This document shows positions 33,399-42,718 of a stretch of DNA of 64,000 nt, piece after piece; the first letter of the stretch is position 1; each line of letters starts with the position of its first letter. The position numbers and the translations under genes were made by a program. Origin of the DNA: a virus (taxonomy: Duplodnaviria; Caudoviricetes); IMG/VR virus record IMGVR_UViG_2907202186_000003, positions 32,001-96,000 of that record; one strand, written 5' to 3'. A model generated the notes under the pieces. That model was given only the letters and a program-made list of their open reading frames with translations, was not told the origin of the DNA and made no database searches.

Positions 33399-34301
33399 TC
33401 AAAATCCATAATCTGTTACGGCCTGTACGTCATCCTCAAATGGTGAGCCATTGACAATTTGAGAAACCAAATCTTCTGGTTTGTATCTACCATTTTTAAT
33501 AGTTTTGTTTATGCCACCTGTTACCTCTAGTTCCTTAATCGCTGAACTAGTAACAACCTTTAATCCATTGACTATTGTTATTGGCACATAATTTCTAATG
33601 TTCCCATAAAGCCTAATAGTAGATCCTTTTTTCAGTTTCCTTAAATTTGATATCACATCTATATTATTAGTTCTGAAACTATAATCAATAATTTCTGGCC
33701 CATTATTGCTTCCCACTATAATTTTAGTGTTTATTATTGAATCCTCGACTCCAATGAATACAACTTCCTGATTGAAAAAGGCTTGAGGATCATTAATTTC
33801 GAACAGCTTGTCAGCTACCGAATAAATCTCTTTGATTATAAATCTCTCTTGAACGACTTGATTGTAATAGTTAAACTGCAGCAACCCTTTAATCAGAACT
33901 GTTTCTCCATCTGTTAGATGCTCTTTAAAATTATATATTGCGTCATACGATGTTAGTCTAACATCTTCTTCTCCGTCATCTTTTTTAACATTTGTTTTAA
34001 CACAATTTGGAAGTCTCAAACTACTATATTTTTGCTTATATATGTCATCCCATTTTACTAGTTCATATCTATCTATATCTTCTAGCCCATCAAATGAGTT
34101 ATTTTTGTACATCTTAATTGTGCCTGCCTTATTGCCCATTAACTCCACATAGACAAATGAATTCTCACTGGTCTTTACACCAAATTGCATTCGATTCCAC
34201 TCAAAATCATTCTTATTGCCTTCATCGAATGCCTTACTGTTTGTTAGCCCAGTAACCTTACCAATCAATTCAAAATATCCGTATGTAGGCTGCAAATTCA
34301 T
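33399..34301 (-). CDS. YorE-like OB-fold protein
   Basis: FELIGKVTG, KELEVTGG, acidic tail; synteny with yorF/yorG. Confidence 0.55.
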   Translation of the reverse strand: MNLQPTYGYFELIGKVTGLTNSKAFDEGNKNDFEWNRMQFGVKTSENSFVYVELMGNKAGTIKMYKNNSFDGLEDIDRYELVKWDDIYKQKYSSLRLPNCVKTNVKKDDGEEDVRLTSYDAIYNFKEHLTDGETVLIKGLLQFNYYNQVVQERFIIKEIYSVADKLFEINDPQAFFNQEVVFIGVEDSIINTKIIVGSNNGPEIIDYSFRTNNIDVISNLRKLKKGSTIRLYGNIRNYVPITIVNGLKVVTSSAIKELEVTGGINKTIKNGRYKPEDLVSQIVNGSPFEDDVQAVTDYGF

Positions 34302-34520
34302 TTAGTATTCCTGCCTCTATGTATTATTCCTGCTTCATACATATCATTTGGTGAAGCTCTAACCATTATTCAATCTCCCTCTTTCTTGATGAAATTATTA
34401 TTTTAAAGTGTCTACTAGGTGTCTGAAATCAATATAATCCCAATCATTTATTATGTCAATGATATTTTTATTTTTATTTTATTATTAATATAGGAGCCGA
34501 ACTCTCGCCCGGCATATGAT

Positions 34521-34946
34521 TTATGCGTACAAAGCTAATTCATTAAATCTAATAAATTGCCCCCGCTTCTTATGTATATTATAAATGTGCTGCGGATCTT
34601 CGCATCTTAGGTTTTTCAGATTAAAATCGCTTATAGGCTCTTGCAGAAGCCTTTCCAGGGCTACCATTTTGTTTAAATGAAACGCTGTCTCAAATTCCCT
34701 TGCTGATTGATATCCTTCTTCTAAAATCTTTTTCTTTCTAAGTTTAATTAAGTACCGATTTATATATTGAACATCCCTTTCTCTGCAATCATTTATAAAC
34801 TCATCTTGCTCTTGGAGTGTTACGCACAGAAAAGATATAGTTTTCAACAGATTAATTGCCTCGCCGCCGATACCTAAAGTTATCATGATTTCTTCTAGCA
34901 TAGAGCATTCTCCTTTTGAAGTTATGTTTCTGGTGATAGACCTCAC
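34521..34946 (-). CDS. Hypothetical protein, probably SOS-inducible
   Basis: LexA box at 35101-35114 just downstream of a -10 TATAAT (35121-35126, minus strand). Confidence 0.55.
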   Translation of the reverse strand: MRSITRNITSKGECSMLEEIMITLGIGGEAINLLKTISFLCVTLQEQDEFINDCRERDVQYINRYLIKLRKKKILEEGYQSAREFETAFHLNKMVALERLLQEPISDFNLKNLRCEDPQHIYNIHKKRGQFIRFNELALYA

Positions 34947-35100
34947 CTTCTTGTTTGAGATAATAAATCTTAATATAATTATAAATCACAGCTAGAATTA
35001 GGCAATCAAATTACATAACTGATGAATAATTGTTGACATCATAGGTAAGCTGGTAATCTCAGTCATTTTTTGTCGCCAAATGTCGAATCACAACTTATTA

Positions 35101-35114
35101 GGAACATTTGTTCT
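35101..35114. promoter_or_regulatory. LexA box
   Basis: GGAACATTTGTTCT. Confidence 0.75.
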
Positions 35115-35204
35115 GTTATGATTATACTATTGCCAAAAGGTATAATCAATTACTTTTATTTATTATTTATATCTCTATATTTATTTTAATTGGGTGAAGT
35201 GATA

Positions 35205-35576
35205 CTACTTTTGTCGTAACAAAAGAATACACTTCTTCACTTGCTCCAGTCTTGATGCAGCTATTGTAATAAAACGGCTTTTCATCTCATCTATATAGAG
35301 ATACATATTTTTCTCATCTATAGCTTTAACCTTATTCAAATTCGCCATTGCACCTCTATCGGTTCTAACAAACCCGTCTATCTTTTCAAACAGTTTAAGA
35401 GTATGTTCGACTCCATTTGCATCTATGTATTCACCATCTAAGGTCTGAAAAACAAAAATAGATTTTCCTGGTTTACCTTCAGAGTAACCTCCAACAATAT
35501 CGTTGACACTGAGCCAAATTGCTTCTTCTGAAACCTTTTTTCCTTCTCTTTTCACTACTCTGATTTCCTTGCTCAC
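35205..35576 (-). CDS. Stand-alone LytTR DNA-binding protein
   Basis: GFVRTDRGAMANLNKV LytTR motif, no receiver domain; GTG start after GGGGG. Confidence 0.82.
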   Translation of the reverse strand: MSKEIRVVKREGKKVSEEAIWLSVNDIVGGYSEGKPGKSIFVFQTLDGEYIDANGVEHTLKLFEKIDGFVRTDRGAMANLNKVKAIDEKNMYLYIDEMKSRFITIAASRLEQVKKCILLLRQK

Positions 35577-35600
35577 TTTTGTTGCCCCCAATTTAACATT

Positions 35601-35639
35601 TACTTGCGTCTATTTTCTTTTGGTTAAAAGACGCAAGTA
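35601..35639. terminator. Hairpin between agrD and the LytTR gene
   Basis: TACTTGCGTC...GACGCAAGTA. Confidence 0.55.
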
Positions 35640-35653
35640 CATATTATTTTGTT

Positions 35654-35779
35654 TTATTTAAGTTCTTCTGGCACTTCTTCGGTGCCCAGAATTGTCCAAC
35701 TTGCGGTACTTGTAACAGTTACCGCAATAGCGGAAAGAATTGTTCCAAACATCAGTGCCAGTTTATTCATCTTTTGCAT
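35654..35779 (-). CDS. agrD: AgrD-type cyclic lactone autoinducer propeptide (41 aa, not in the ORF track)
   Basis: RBS AAGGAGGTG; MQKMNKLALMFGTILSAIAVTVTSTASWTILGTEEVPEELK; SWTIL-GTEEVPEEL aligns with staphylococcal CDFIM-DEVEVPKEL. Confidence 0.88.
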   Translation of the reverse strand: MQKMNKLALMFGTILSAIAVTVTSTASWTILGTEEVPEELK

Positions 35780-36317
35780 TTCTCATCACCTCCTTTTCAG
35801 AATATACAATTCTAATTAGGGAAAGCGACTGAAGAAAAAAGGCCAGTGTTAAGATGTTGCTGTGTACAATGAAATTTCCTGCAATAATCATTAATGAAAC
35901 TATCTTTAGATATATAAAATTCTCTTCTTTTATTCTAGTTTGCTTCTTAATATTTGAAGGAGCAAATATCACTACAAGAACAAGACTTGCAATATCTATA
36001 ATTGTTTTGATGTTTTGTATTAACGGGCTCACCATTACGATTGTATACACTAGAACAACTGAAACAACTATGCAGACTTCAGCTGATTTAATATGATATC
36101 CGCCAGAAAACATTCTAAGTATGCTAAACCCTAATAATGCAATCATTACTTCTGGAAATATTCGCAATAACATTGAACTAACAATTAAAACTAATATCGG
36201 TGTAATATTAGATATTAGAAACTTAATTGAATATCTAACTATAGACACTGATGGCAATTCATTTGGATATCTCTTTTTTAGATAAACACTCAGTTTGTCG
36301 CTTATATCATTAATCAA
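35763..36317 (-). CDS. agrB: AgrB peptide-processing membrane protease
   Basis: LRMFSGGYH...C catalytic motif, FAP, multi-TM. Confidence 0.92.
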   Translation of the reverse strand: MINDISDKLSVYLKKRYPNELPSVSIVRYSIKFLISNITPILVLIVSSMLLRIFPEVMIALLGFSILRMFSGGYHIKSAEVCIVVSVVLVYTIVMVSPLIQNIKTIIDIASLVLVVIFAPSNIKKQTRIKEENFIYLKIVSLMIIAGNFIVHSNILTLAFFLQSLSLIRIVYSEKEVMRNAKDE

Positions 36318-36960
36318 TTTCGCCCCTCATTTCTTTTTTGACTTCCATAAACAATAGATTAATTAAACAAATTAACCAAAACAACAATCCAGTGTAAATG
36401 TTATCTATCGATGAAGCTTTACTAATTACGAAAATTCCCAGTATCGTTGCAATAAATATCAGCATATTGGGTCGACTTGGCTTAAATTTAAATGAATAGG
36501 AATAGGGTAGATTAGTCATCCAGATTCTTTTCTTTCTCAGAAATAAACTTAATGCAATCGTCCCAATATCACCAATCACTTGTACAGGATATTTTATGTA
36601 ATCATTACTTTTGAGTTCATTAAGATTAATATTTAACGCTAGACATGAAACTGAAATAACTAAACCCAATATTAATGTTTGTGCTAAAAATCCTAATCCA
36701 GCAATTCTAAAGGAAGAAAACAGCGAAATCCTAAAAAAGAACAGTAAGGCCGCCATAAATATTATTAGGTTTAATAGAGGTGAGAGATTGGATAATATAA
36801 TGTTTTCTGAATAAAAGTATGTTCCAATTGATATTACTATATTCGTTATTATAATTTCTTTCCAATAATCAACTATCTTTATTCTAAAGAAGCCAAAAGC
36901 AAAGAAGAAAATTGCCATTCCATCGATCATCGAAAAGAGTATGTATACTAGCGCATTCAT
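36310..36960 (-). CDS. Polytopic membrane protein, AgrC-sensor-like but lacking a kinase domain
   Basis: About 7 TM helices, first gene of the agr operon, no H-box or HATPase domain. Confidence 0.65.
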   Translation of the reverse strand: MNALVYILFSMIDGMAIFFFAFGFFRIKIVDYWKEIIITNIVISIGTYFYSENIILSNLSPLLNLIIFMAALLFFFRISLFSSFRIAGLGFLAQTLILGLVISVSCLALNINLNELKSNDYIKYPVQVIGDIGTIALSLFLRKKRIWMTNLPYSYSFKFKPSRPNMLIFIATILGIFVISKASSIDNIYTGLLFWLICLINLLFMEVKKEMRGEID

Positions 36961-36974
36961 TGTTTACCCACCTT

Positions 36975-37032
36975 TAAAGTAAATATATTAATAACTTGTT
37001 TATAATATATCATGGGCTATTTTTACTGTCAA
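36975..37032 (-). promoter_or_regulatory. agr operon promoter with downstream phage operator-like motif
   Basis: TTGACA(37032-37027)-17-TATATT; TAAAGTAAATATA at 36975-36987. Confidence 0.6.
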
Positions 37033-37068
37033 TATATAAAACAAAAAAAGATAGAATAAGTTATGCAC

Positions 37069-38076
37069 TTATTCTATCTCGTAAACTTTTTTTATTGTTT
37101 CTTCATTGAGAAAATCCTTCGTGTACCTACTATATGCATAAAACTCATCCGCATGTGTTTGTTTTCCAATATTATAGTACTCACAAATGGTTATTATCTC
37201 ATCTCTTCCGAGTGAGCCTTTGGATTCATATAATTCTTTTGCCATATATAACATTCCAGAATTTCTAATATTGATTGCGCTGAGATGTTTTAGCCCTTTC
37301 CATACACCAATATTCTTTAATCTTCTCAATACCAGATGCTTATCTGCTTTCTCGTTTGCTGTAGCCCTACGCTTAACGGATCTAATAATATATGGGCTAT
37401 CAGCTAACTCCACTACAGGACTTTTAGCGGTACTATGTCCATTGTCTTGACTATAGTCTTTTTGCTCTGCAGCTCTTATTAATAATGCCATCAGATGTTC
37501 AGATATTTTAATAGTTCTTTTCTCTATTTCACCATTTTTCAATTCATTCTTAAGCGTAGCTGTACTCTCGTCAATATTCAAATCATTAATTGTTAAGTTT
37601 AATAATTCGCTATACTCTCTTCCGAATATTCCCTCAAATAAAGCTAAAGGGATAACTGAATCTTGCCAATTCTCTAAATCACCAATTATATCTTTTAGTT
37701 CTTCATTAGTAATCAATAATTTATTAGTCTTATCTACAAATTTCAAATAAAAACCCGAACTTCCCATGATATCTAGAGGATTTAAATTATCATCTCTGAG
37801 ATCCTGGCTTATAGCCCATCTAATGTAGTTTTGAATAATTGATCCACTGCCATTGGCAGATTGCAATGTTTTAGGAGCAAGATAACTCAATAGATCTTCT
37901 ATTTCAAACAAACTAAAGTTATACAAATCCTTACCTAGTCTTTCTTCAAGCTTGCTGGCTCTTTTGAGTACACGTAGGTATGTTGTATACGTGTTTTCAT
38001 TAAGTCCTTTTAAGAACCTTGTTTTTTGTTCTTCGTTATAGAGATAATCATTGTAAACTACATTAGACAAATCCAC
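37069..38076 (-). CDS. mrpR: Integrase-fold master repressor (SPbeta YopR/MrpR-like)
   Basis: LYNEEQKTRFL N-terminus, SAM-like domain, degenerate catalytic motifs (EGIFGREYSEL, NIRNSG); follows the yopQ-like gene. Confidence 0.78.
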   Translation of the reverse strand: MDLSNVVYNDYLYNEEQKTRFLKGLNENTYTTYLRVLKRASKLEERLGKDLYNFSLFEIEDLLSYLAPKTLQSANGSGSIIQNYIRWAISQDLRDDNLNPLDIMGSSGFYLKFVDKTNKLLITNEELKDIIGDLENWQDSVIPLALFEGIFGREYSELLNLTINDLNIDESTATLKNELKNGEIEKRTIKISEHLMALLIRAAEQKDYSQDNGHSTAKSPVVELADSPYIIRSVKRRATANEKADKHLVLRRLKNIGVWKGLKHLSAINIRNSGMLYMAKELYESKGSLGRDEIITICEYYNIGKQTHADEFYAYSRYTKDFLNEETIKKVYEIE

Positions 38077-38105
38077 TCACCCCATCTAGTTAAATCTAAT
38101 AAAAA

Positions 38106-39422
38106 CTAATTTCTAAAGTAATTAATTACTTGATTTCTAACTCGATTTGAATTAATTCCACTTTTGTTATTTAAAAGCTCAATCAATTTGCTATCGTTAA
38201 AATCAACTAGCTTCTTTAGATTTTTTATCTCTGACGTATCTGTGCTAGTGTCTTTAAAGTTCTTCGCTATTTGAATATAACCTAAAAACATTAAAGGATG
38301 GTTAATATAAGATTTTCGATGCGGTTTTGGATTATTAATAAACTCATCATTGAAGTTACCAGTTAAATAATTAAAGAATTCAGTTAAATAATTAGCTACT
38401 TCTTTATATTCTAAAAAATTATTTGGTGAGAAAACTTTTTCAATTCCATACGCCATTATATCAAAAGTAGTCAATTGTCCAGCAATTTCACTAATATTAG
38501 CAGCTGAAGCAATTTTGTTACCTTTCAATTCTGATTTTTGTTGTAAATCTCTTACTACAGCATCTGACCAATTTTCTGATTTAAGTTCACGCAATCTCTG
38601 CTTTTTAACAACATTAATTGTATTTATCTGTCCAAAGTACTTCTTTGCGATATCAGTATCATATGACCTTATAGATAGAAGCAGTTCAAGATCTAAGTCA
38701 GGGTTAATTGCAAGTGCTTTTACAGCGCCCTGGAGACGATGAAATCCATCAAGAATAGAAACTGTTGCTCCATCATTTATCGTTAGCAATTTATTCTTTT
38801 CGTCATAGCTGAGCGGTTCAACTTCATTAGAGTAGACATTTATTGTAATCATATCAGGTAAATAAGATTGTTCTAGCATGTTCTTTGCTATATCATCAAC
38901 GCTTTTCTTGTTTACGTCAGGAACTGGTACAACGCCATTCTTCCCCATCTTATATTTAGCACTACGTTGAGTTTCATAATCATATACGATAAGCTTAGCA
39001 TGAAACATCTCTACAAGTAATTTTATACTTACTTTAGTTAAAAATGTTTGATGATCTATACTCACTACTTCCTCTAAATCTAGTGGTAAATTAAGTGACT
39101 TTCGCACAGAATTATCTCTTACTTTTTCTTTAGATTTTTCTAGTTCCGTTTCAGAAACATATTCTTGTGTAATTATTCTTTTGTCCTCAGTTACTTTATA
39201 GACTGCATCAGAAAGCACGATAAGTAAGTTTAAATCAATGTCAGATAATGAATTATTTCCTCTCGCAACATCATTAAAAAAACCAAGATTAATTCCTTGC
39301 TGATCGAGAGAATTATTTATCTTCGCGGCGAATTTCGTACTATGTTTATTCTCATCAATAACATCTCTGAGTTGAGCTTCAAGTTCCTCTCTGTCTCGTT
39401 TCAAATGCTCACACCTCTCCAC
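38106..39422 (-). CDS. DndB/DGQHR (ParB-like) protein, SPbeta YopQ-like
   Basis: YETQR, ILDGFHRL, FGQIN. Confidence 0.78.
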   Translation of the reverse strand: MERCEHLKRDREELEAQLRDVIDENKHSTKFAAKINNSLDQQGINLGFFNDVARGNNSLSDIDLNLLIVLSDAVYKVTEDKRIITQEYVSETELEKSKEKVRDNSVRKSLNLPLDLEEVVSIDHQTFLTKVSIKLLVEMFHAKLIVYDYETQRSAKYKMGKNGVVPVPDVNKKSVDDIAKNMLEQSYLPDMITINVYSNEVEPLSYDEKNKLLTINDGATVSILDGFHRLQGAVKALAINPDLDLELLLSIRSYDTDIAKKYFGQINTINVVKKQRLRELKSENWSDAVVRDLQQKSELKGNKIASAANISEIAGQLTTFDIMAYGIEKVFSPNNFLEYKEVANYLTEFFNYLTGNFNDEFINNPKPHRKSYINHPLMFLGYIQIAKNFKDTSTDTSEIKNLKKLVDFNDSKLIELLNNKSGINSNRVRNQVINYFRN

Positions 39423-39504
39423 TATGTACTACTAATAAGTATAACATATTTATAATTCTTAATACACATAGGACCAAAAAAATCCAGCTTGAAGTGTGTT
39501 GATC

Positions 39505-40011
39505 TTATTTTAAGTTATTATTATTCAATATTTTACGATCAATAAAATACTTATTAGTTAAATAAAGCGCCTCTCCTTTGTCTGTAGGCACCTTTCCTTT
39601 ATTTTTATCTAAAAATACTATTTCATTACATTTAGAACAGTACCATTTTGTCACATAGTGTTGAGAGGTAGTTGTGTATGTAGTTCCACATTTACAATCT
39701 ACTTTTATTGCGATTTCGTTCGATTTATATGCTTCGGACAATGTCTCAAGGTGCTCCAACTTCTTGCTCGTCTCTTTTTGATTTTGCTGCCCACTTTTTT
39801 CGTTATGTACTTTAAAATCTGCAACTAAACTTGGATTCAATCCAAAAAATTCATTTCCAATCGAAGTGACAAACCTTATGTTAATTTTAAAACATTCTAT
39901 CCAGCGAGATATTTGATTATTAGACAGAGGAACTGTTCCTTTGATTCCGCTATTTAATGTATAAGTCATAATAAATAATTTATCATCCTCGATGCGATTA
40001 GTAGTCTCCAC
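39505..40011 (-). CDS. Hypothetical Zn-ribbon protein
   Basis: CKCG...CSKC. Confidence 0.5.
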   Translation of the reverse strand: METTNRIEDDKLFIMTYTLNSGIKGTVPLSNNQISRWIECFKINIRFVTSIGNEFFGLNPSLVADFKVHNEKSGQQNQKETSKKLEHLETLSEAYKSNEIAIKVDCKCGTTYTTTSQHYVTKWYCSKCNEIVFLDKNKGKVPTDKGEALYLTNKYFIDRKILNNNNLK

Positions 40012-40511
40012 ATTTCATCTCCTTTAAATAAATTTACAATAAAAAATAGACCTTTGTATATCCTACAAAGATCATACCTCATGTTTCGTATTTAAACAGG
40101 ATCAACTTTGATGAAATGCCAATTTCAACTAATCAAACTTCTCTGCGTTTAATCTCTCGATTTGTGACAGTATCAAATATTCGATGACCAATTGATAAAA
40201 AATTCATCAATGGACCTAATTGGTTACTTGATACAGAGGTGTTTATCCATACTTCGAGTTTAGTTTTCTCGTCTTTTTCAATTAATTTTTGCAATAAGTA
40301 TCTTTTATTATTCATTGTGACTTTACCTCGCTGTATAAATATTTCAATTTATAATATTATCTGTTAGAATAAACTGGAATAAGCTCCCGCCTTTAATTTA
40401 GGGGAGCTATTTTGTCATGTTTACTTTTTGTTACGTTTTTCGTAACAAATTCAATATAAACTTATTTATTTACATTGTCAACCGTTTTTAGTATTCATAT
40501 GGGGGAAATAC

Positions 40512-40718
40512 ATGTCATACTTATTTATCAATCTTCAATACATATTAGATAAGAAGAATATTAGTGCCAGAGAGCTGGCTAAAAGAACTGGTATTCGTCA
40601 TCCTACAATTTCTGAAATGTGCAACAATAGTTCAAAGCATCTGCCACTAAAAAATATAGCGTTAATTTGTGATGAGTTAGAAATCGATGTCTCCGACTTA
40701 CTCATTCTAAAGAAGTAA
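40512..40718 (+). CDS. XRE HTH (YozG/YopS-like) regulator
   Basis: ISARELAKRTGIRHPTISEMCNN. Confidence 0.85.
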   Translation: MSYLFINLQYILDKKNISARELAKRTGIRHPTISEMCNNSSKHLPLKNIALICDELEIDVSDLLILKK

Positions 40719-40815
40719 ATAATAAAAGCTCCAGATCTAATTAGACTGGAGCTTACAATAAATAAATCTTCATAAACATACCTCCGATTTATTTATATTC
40801 ACCTCTACTTGTCGT

Positions 40816-41232
40816 CTATCTACTAAACATCCGAGTTGTACTAATTTCCAAAGCTCTCAACAATTGATTTTCGTACTTATGTGGCATTTCAAATAGTTTA
40901 TACATCAATTTGCTTTTTTTATCGATCGTAAAGTGCTGTTCAAACAAAATAACGCTGTCCTTCTTAAATCCTGCATCTGAGGCATTAACGGTAACATGAG
41001 TAGGTATCCTTGCTTTTGTGGAACTGCTTGTTATAGGAGAAACCATTACCAATGGAGAATATCTATTGTTTTTATCATTTGAAATAATAAGTACTGGCCG
41101 CACACCTCCTTGTACAGATGATTTCTCAGGAATCTCTCCCAAATCAGCCAACCAGATTTCAAATTGCTTTACTTCTTCATTATGTACTGTGTTATTCATT
41201 GCTACTGCCATTTTATTAACACTCCTATTCAA
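40816..41232 (-). CDS. mazF: PemK/MazF-family endoribonuclease
   Basis: EIWLADL...SVQGGVRPVLIISND..N..SP..MVSPITS...DSVILFEQ. Confidence 0.9.
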   Translation of the reverse strand: MNRSVNKMAVAMNNTVHNEEVKQFEIWLADLGEIPEKSSVQGGVRPVLIISNDKNNRYSPLVMVSPITSSSTKARIPTHVTVNASDAGFKKDSVILFEQHFTIDKKSKLMYKLFEMPHKYENQLLRALEISTTRMFSR

Positions 41233-41347
41233 TTTTATGTGACACTAAGTAATTGATTCTCCATCTAATATCATTCTATGTTCATTTCTTTATTATTATT
41301 ATCTTTATGTTTATAATTATACCTAAAAAGCCCTCGCCTTACAATAA

Positions 41348-41361
41348 GGAACATTTGTTCT
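41348..41361. promoter_or_regulatory. LexA box between mazF and rsfA
   Basis: GGAACATTTGTTCT, identical to the box at 35101. Confidence 0.72.
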
Positions 41362-41443
41362 TGTCAAGCACTTTTCACAAGCTACGAATATTTAATGCAT
41401 AAGGTATTGACAATTTGGATAAACATGTTAATAGCACAATTTA

Positions 41444-41965
41444 TTGGAGGTTATTAATATGACAAGACAAGACGGATGGACAATAGAGGACGATATCTGT
41501 CTAACTACTACGGTATTAAACTGTATTTCAAATGGTAATACGCAACTACAAGCCTTTGAGATGGTTGCGGAGAAAACTAATAGAACTGCAGCTGCTTGTG
41601 GGTTTAGGTGGAATTCTAACTTGAGAAATCAGTTTGAAAATGAAATTAAAGAAGCCAAATTGAAAAAGAGATCTCATACCCAAAAGCCTTCACATATGCA
41701 CGGCAAGGTGTCTGGAACGCTTTCTACATATGACCAGCCTGATACTCCTTTTGACAACATAATTAGGTCTCTACAGGCATTTAAAGAGCAGTTTGATGAG
41801 ATGCGAATGACAATATTGAATTTACAAAATCGCAATAGTGAACTTGAACAACAGCTAGCATCTAAACCTTCAGTTGAAGTTAATGAAGATATGAAAAATC
41901 TTCTAGAGATAATTAAACGAGCAGAAAAACTTGGTCTCACAAACAAAGAAAAACCTGCCATTTAG
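41444..41965 (+). CDS. rsfA: RsfA-family prespore transcriptional regulator
   Basis: RQDGWT..DD...TQLQAFE...RTAAACGFRWNS; upstream GCATA-15-GGATAAACAT resembles a sigF/sigG promoter (41397-41426). Confidence 0.85.
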   Translation: MEVINMTRQDGWTIEDDICLTTTVLNCISNGNTQLQAFEMVAEKTNRTAAACGFRWNSNLRNQFENEIKEAKLKKRSHTQKPSHMHGKVSGTLSTYDQPDTPFDNIIRSLQAFKEQFDEMRMTILNLQNRNSELEQQLASKPSVEVNEDMKNLLEIIKRAEKLGLTNKEKPAI

Positions 41966-42340
41966 GCAGGTTCTTTTAATTTTATATTAGATATGGGTCT
42001 ACACTCATATAAGATATGATTAACTTGTTCCAATACATCTTCCAGGTGCTTTCCGCACTTTTTACAATTCAAATAAACATTTCTCCTTTGTTTAAGTAAA
42101 ATCTACATTTTATTCAGTCTTCGTCAGTTTCTTCAAATAATACTTTATACCCCTGCTCTGCGAACAAAGATAAAAGTTCTAAAGCCTTATTCTTGTCATC
42201 TATACTCAATTTTACATTAAGAACTTCGAGTTGTGGATCGTCAGTAACTACAATTGTAAGTTTATAGAACATGGGAATGCCCCTTCCATTTCATAGTAGT
42301 AATTATATAATAACACCAATCTTCTCAAAAGTAAGTCATT

Positions 42341-42718
42341 CTAACCTGAATACTTATTCGCAGTAATTGGGTAATAAAATATTTCTATTTCCTCACTAAT
42401 AAACCCTCTGCGTTGTGCAGCTAAAAGCGTTTCATACATGTTCTTACGTCCAACTGGATTATCTGTATGCAAATATATCTTATCGACTTGTAATCCGTAT
42501 TCGCAAAAATATTTAACTAAATCATATCCATTTTGAAGCTCATGTCCGTTCTCATCCTCACCCAAGTCATGATCTAAGGTCAGTATATGTACCCTTTGTG
42601 ACTCAAGGATACTTATTGCCTCATGATAGGTTCGCGCTACTACAAAACCCTCTGGGCAATCACGTAGATCGTCTACATATAGGTTTATTTTCTGATCCAT
42701 TTGTTCTTCCTTTCCCAT
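42341..42718 (-). CDS. Cyclic-phosphate-processing receiver-like domain protein
   Basis: LYVDDLR, LDHDLG, GYD, HTDNPVGR. Confidence 0.75.
   Translation of the reverse strand: MGKEEQMDQKINLYVDDLRDCPEGFVVARTYHEAISILESQRVHILTLDHDLGEDENGHELQNGYDLVKYFCEYGLQVDKIYLHTDNPVGRKNMYETLLAAQRRGFISEEIEIFYYPITANKYSG

Noticed and set aside
37069-38076. Active prophage integrase
   Set aside because: The first catalytic Arg motif and the His of HxxR are not conserved, and the context matches the SPbeta repressor; no att site seen
38106-39422. Dnd phosphorothioation system
   Set aside because: Only a DndB-like domain; no dndC/D/E, and synteny fits SPbeta yopQ
39400-42000. Arbitrium aimR/aimP
   Set aside because: No roughly 380-aa HTH-TPR protein or adjacent signal-peptide ORF upstream of the yopQ/yopR-like genes
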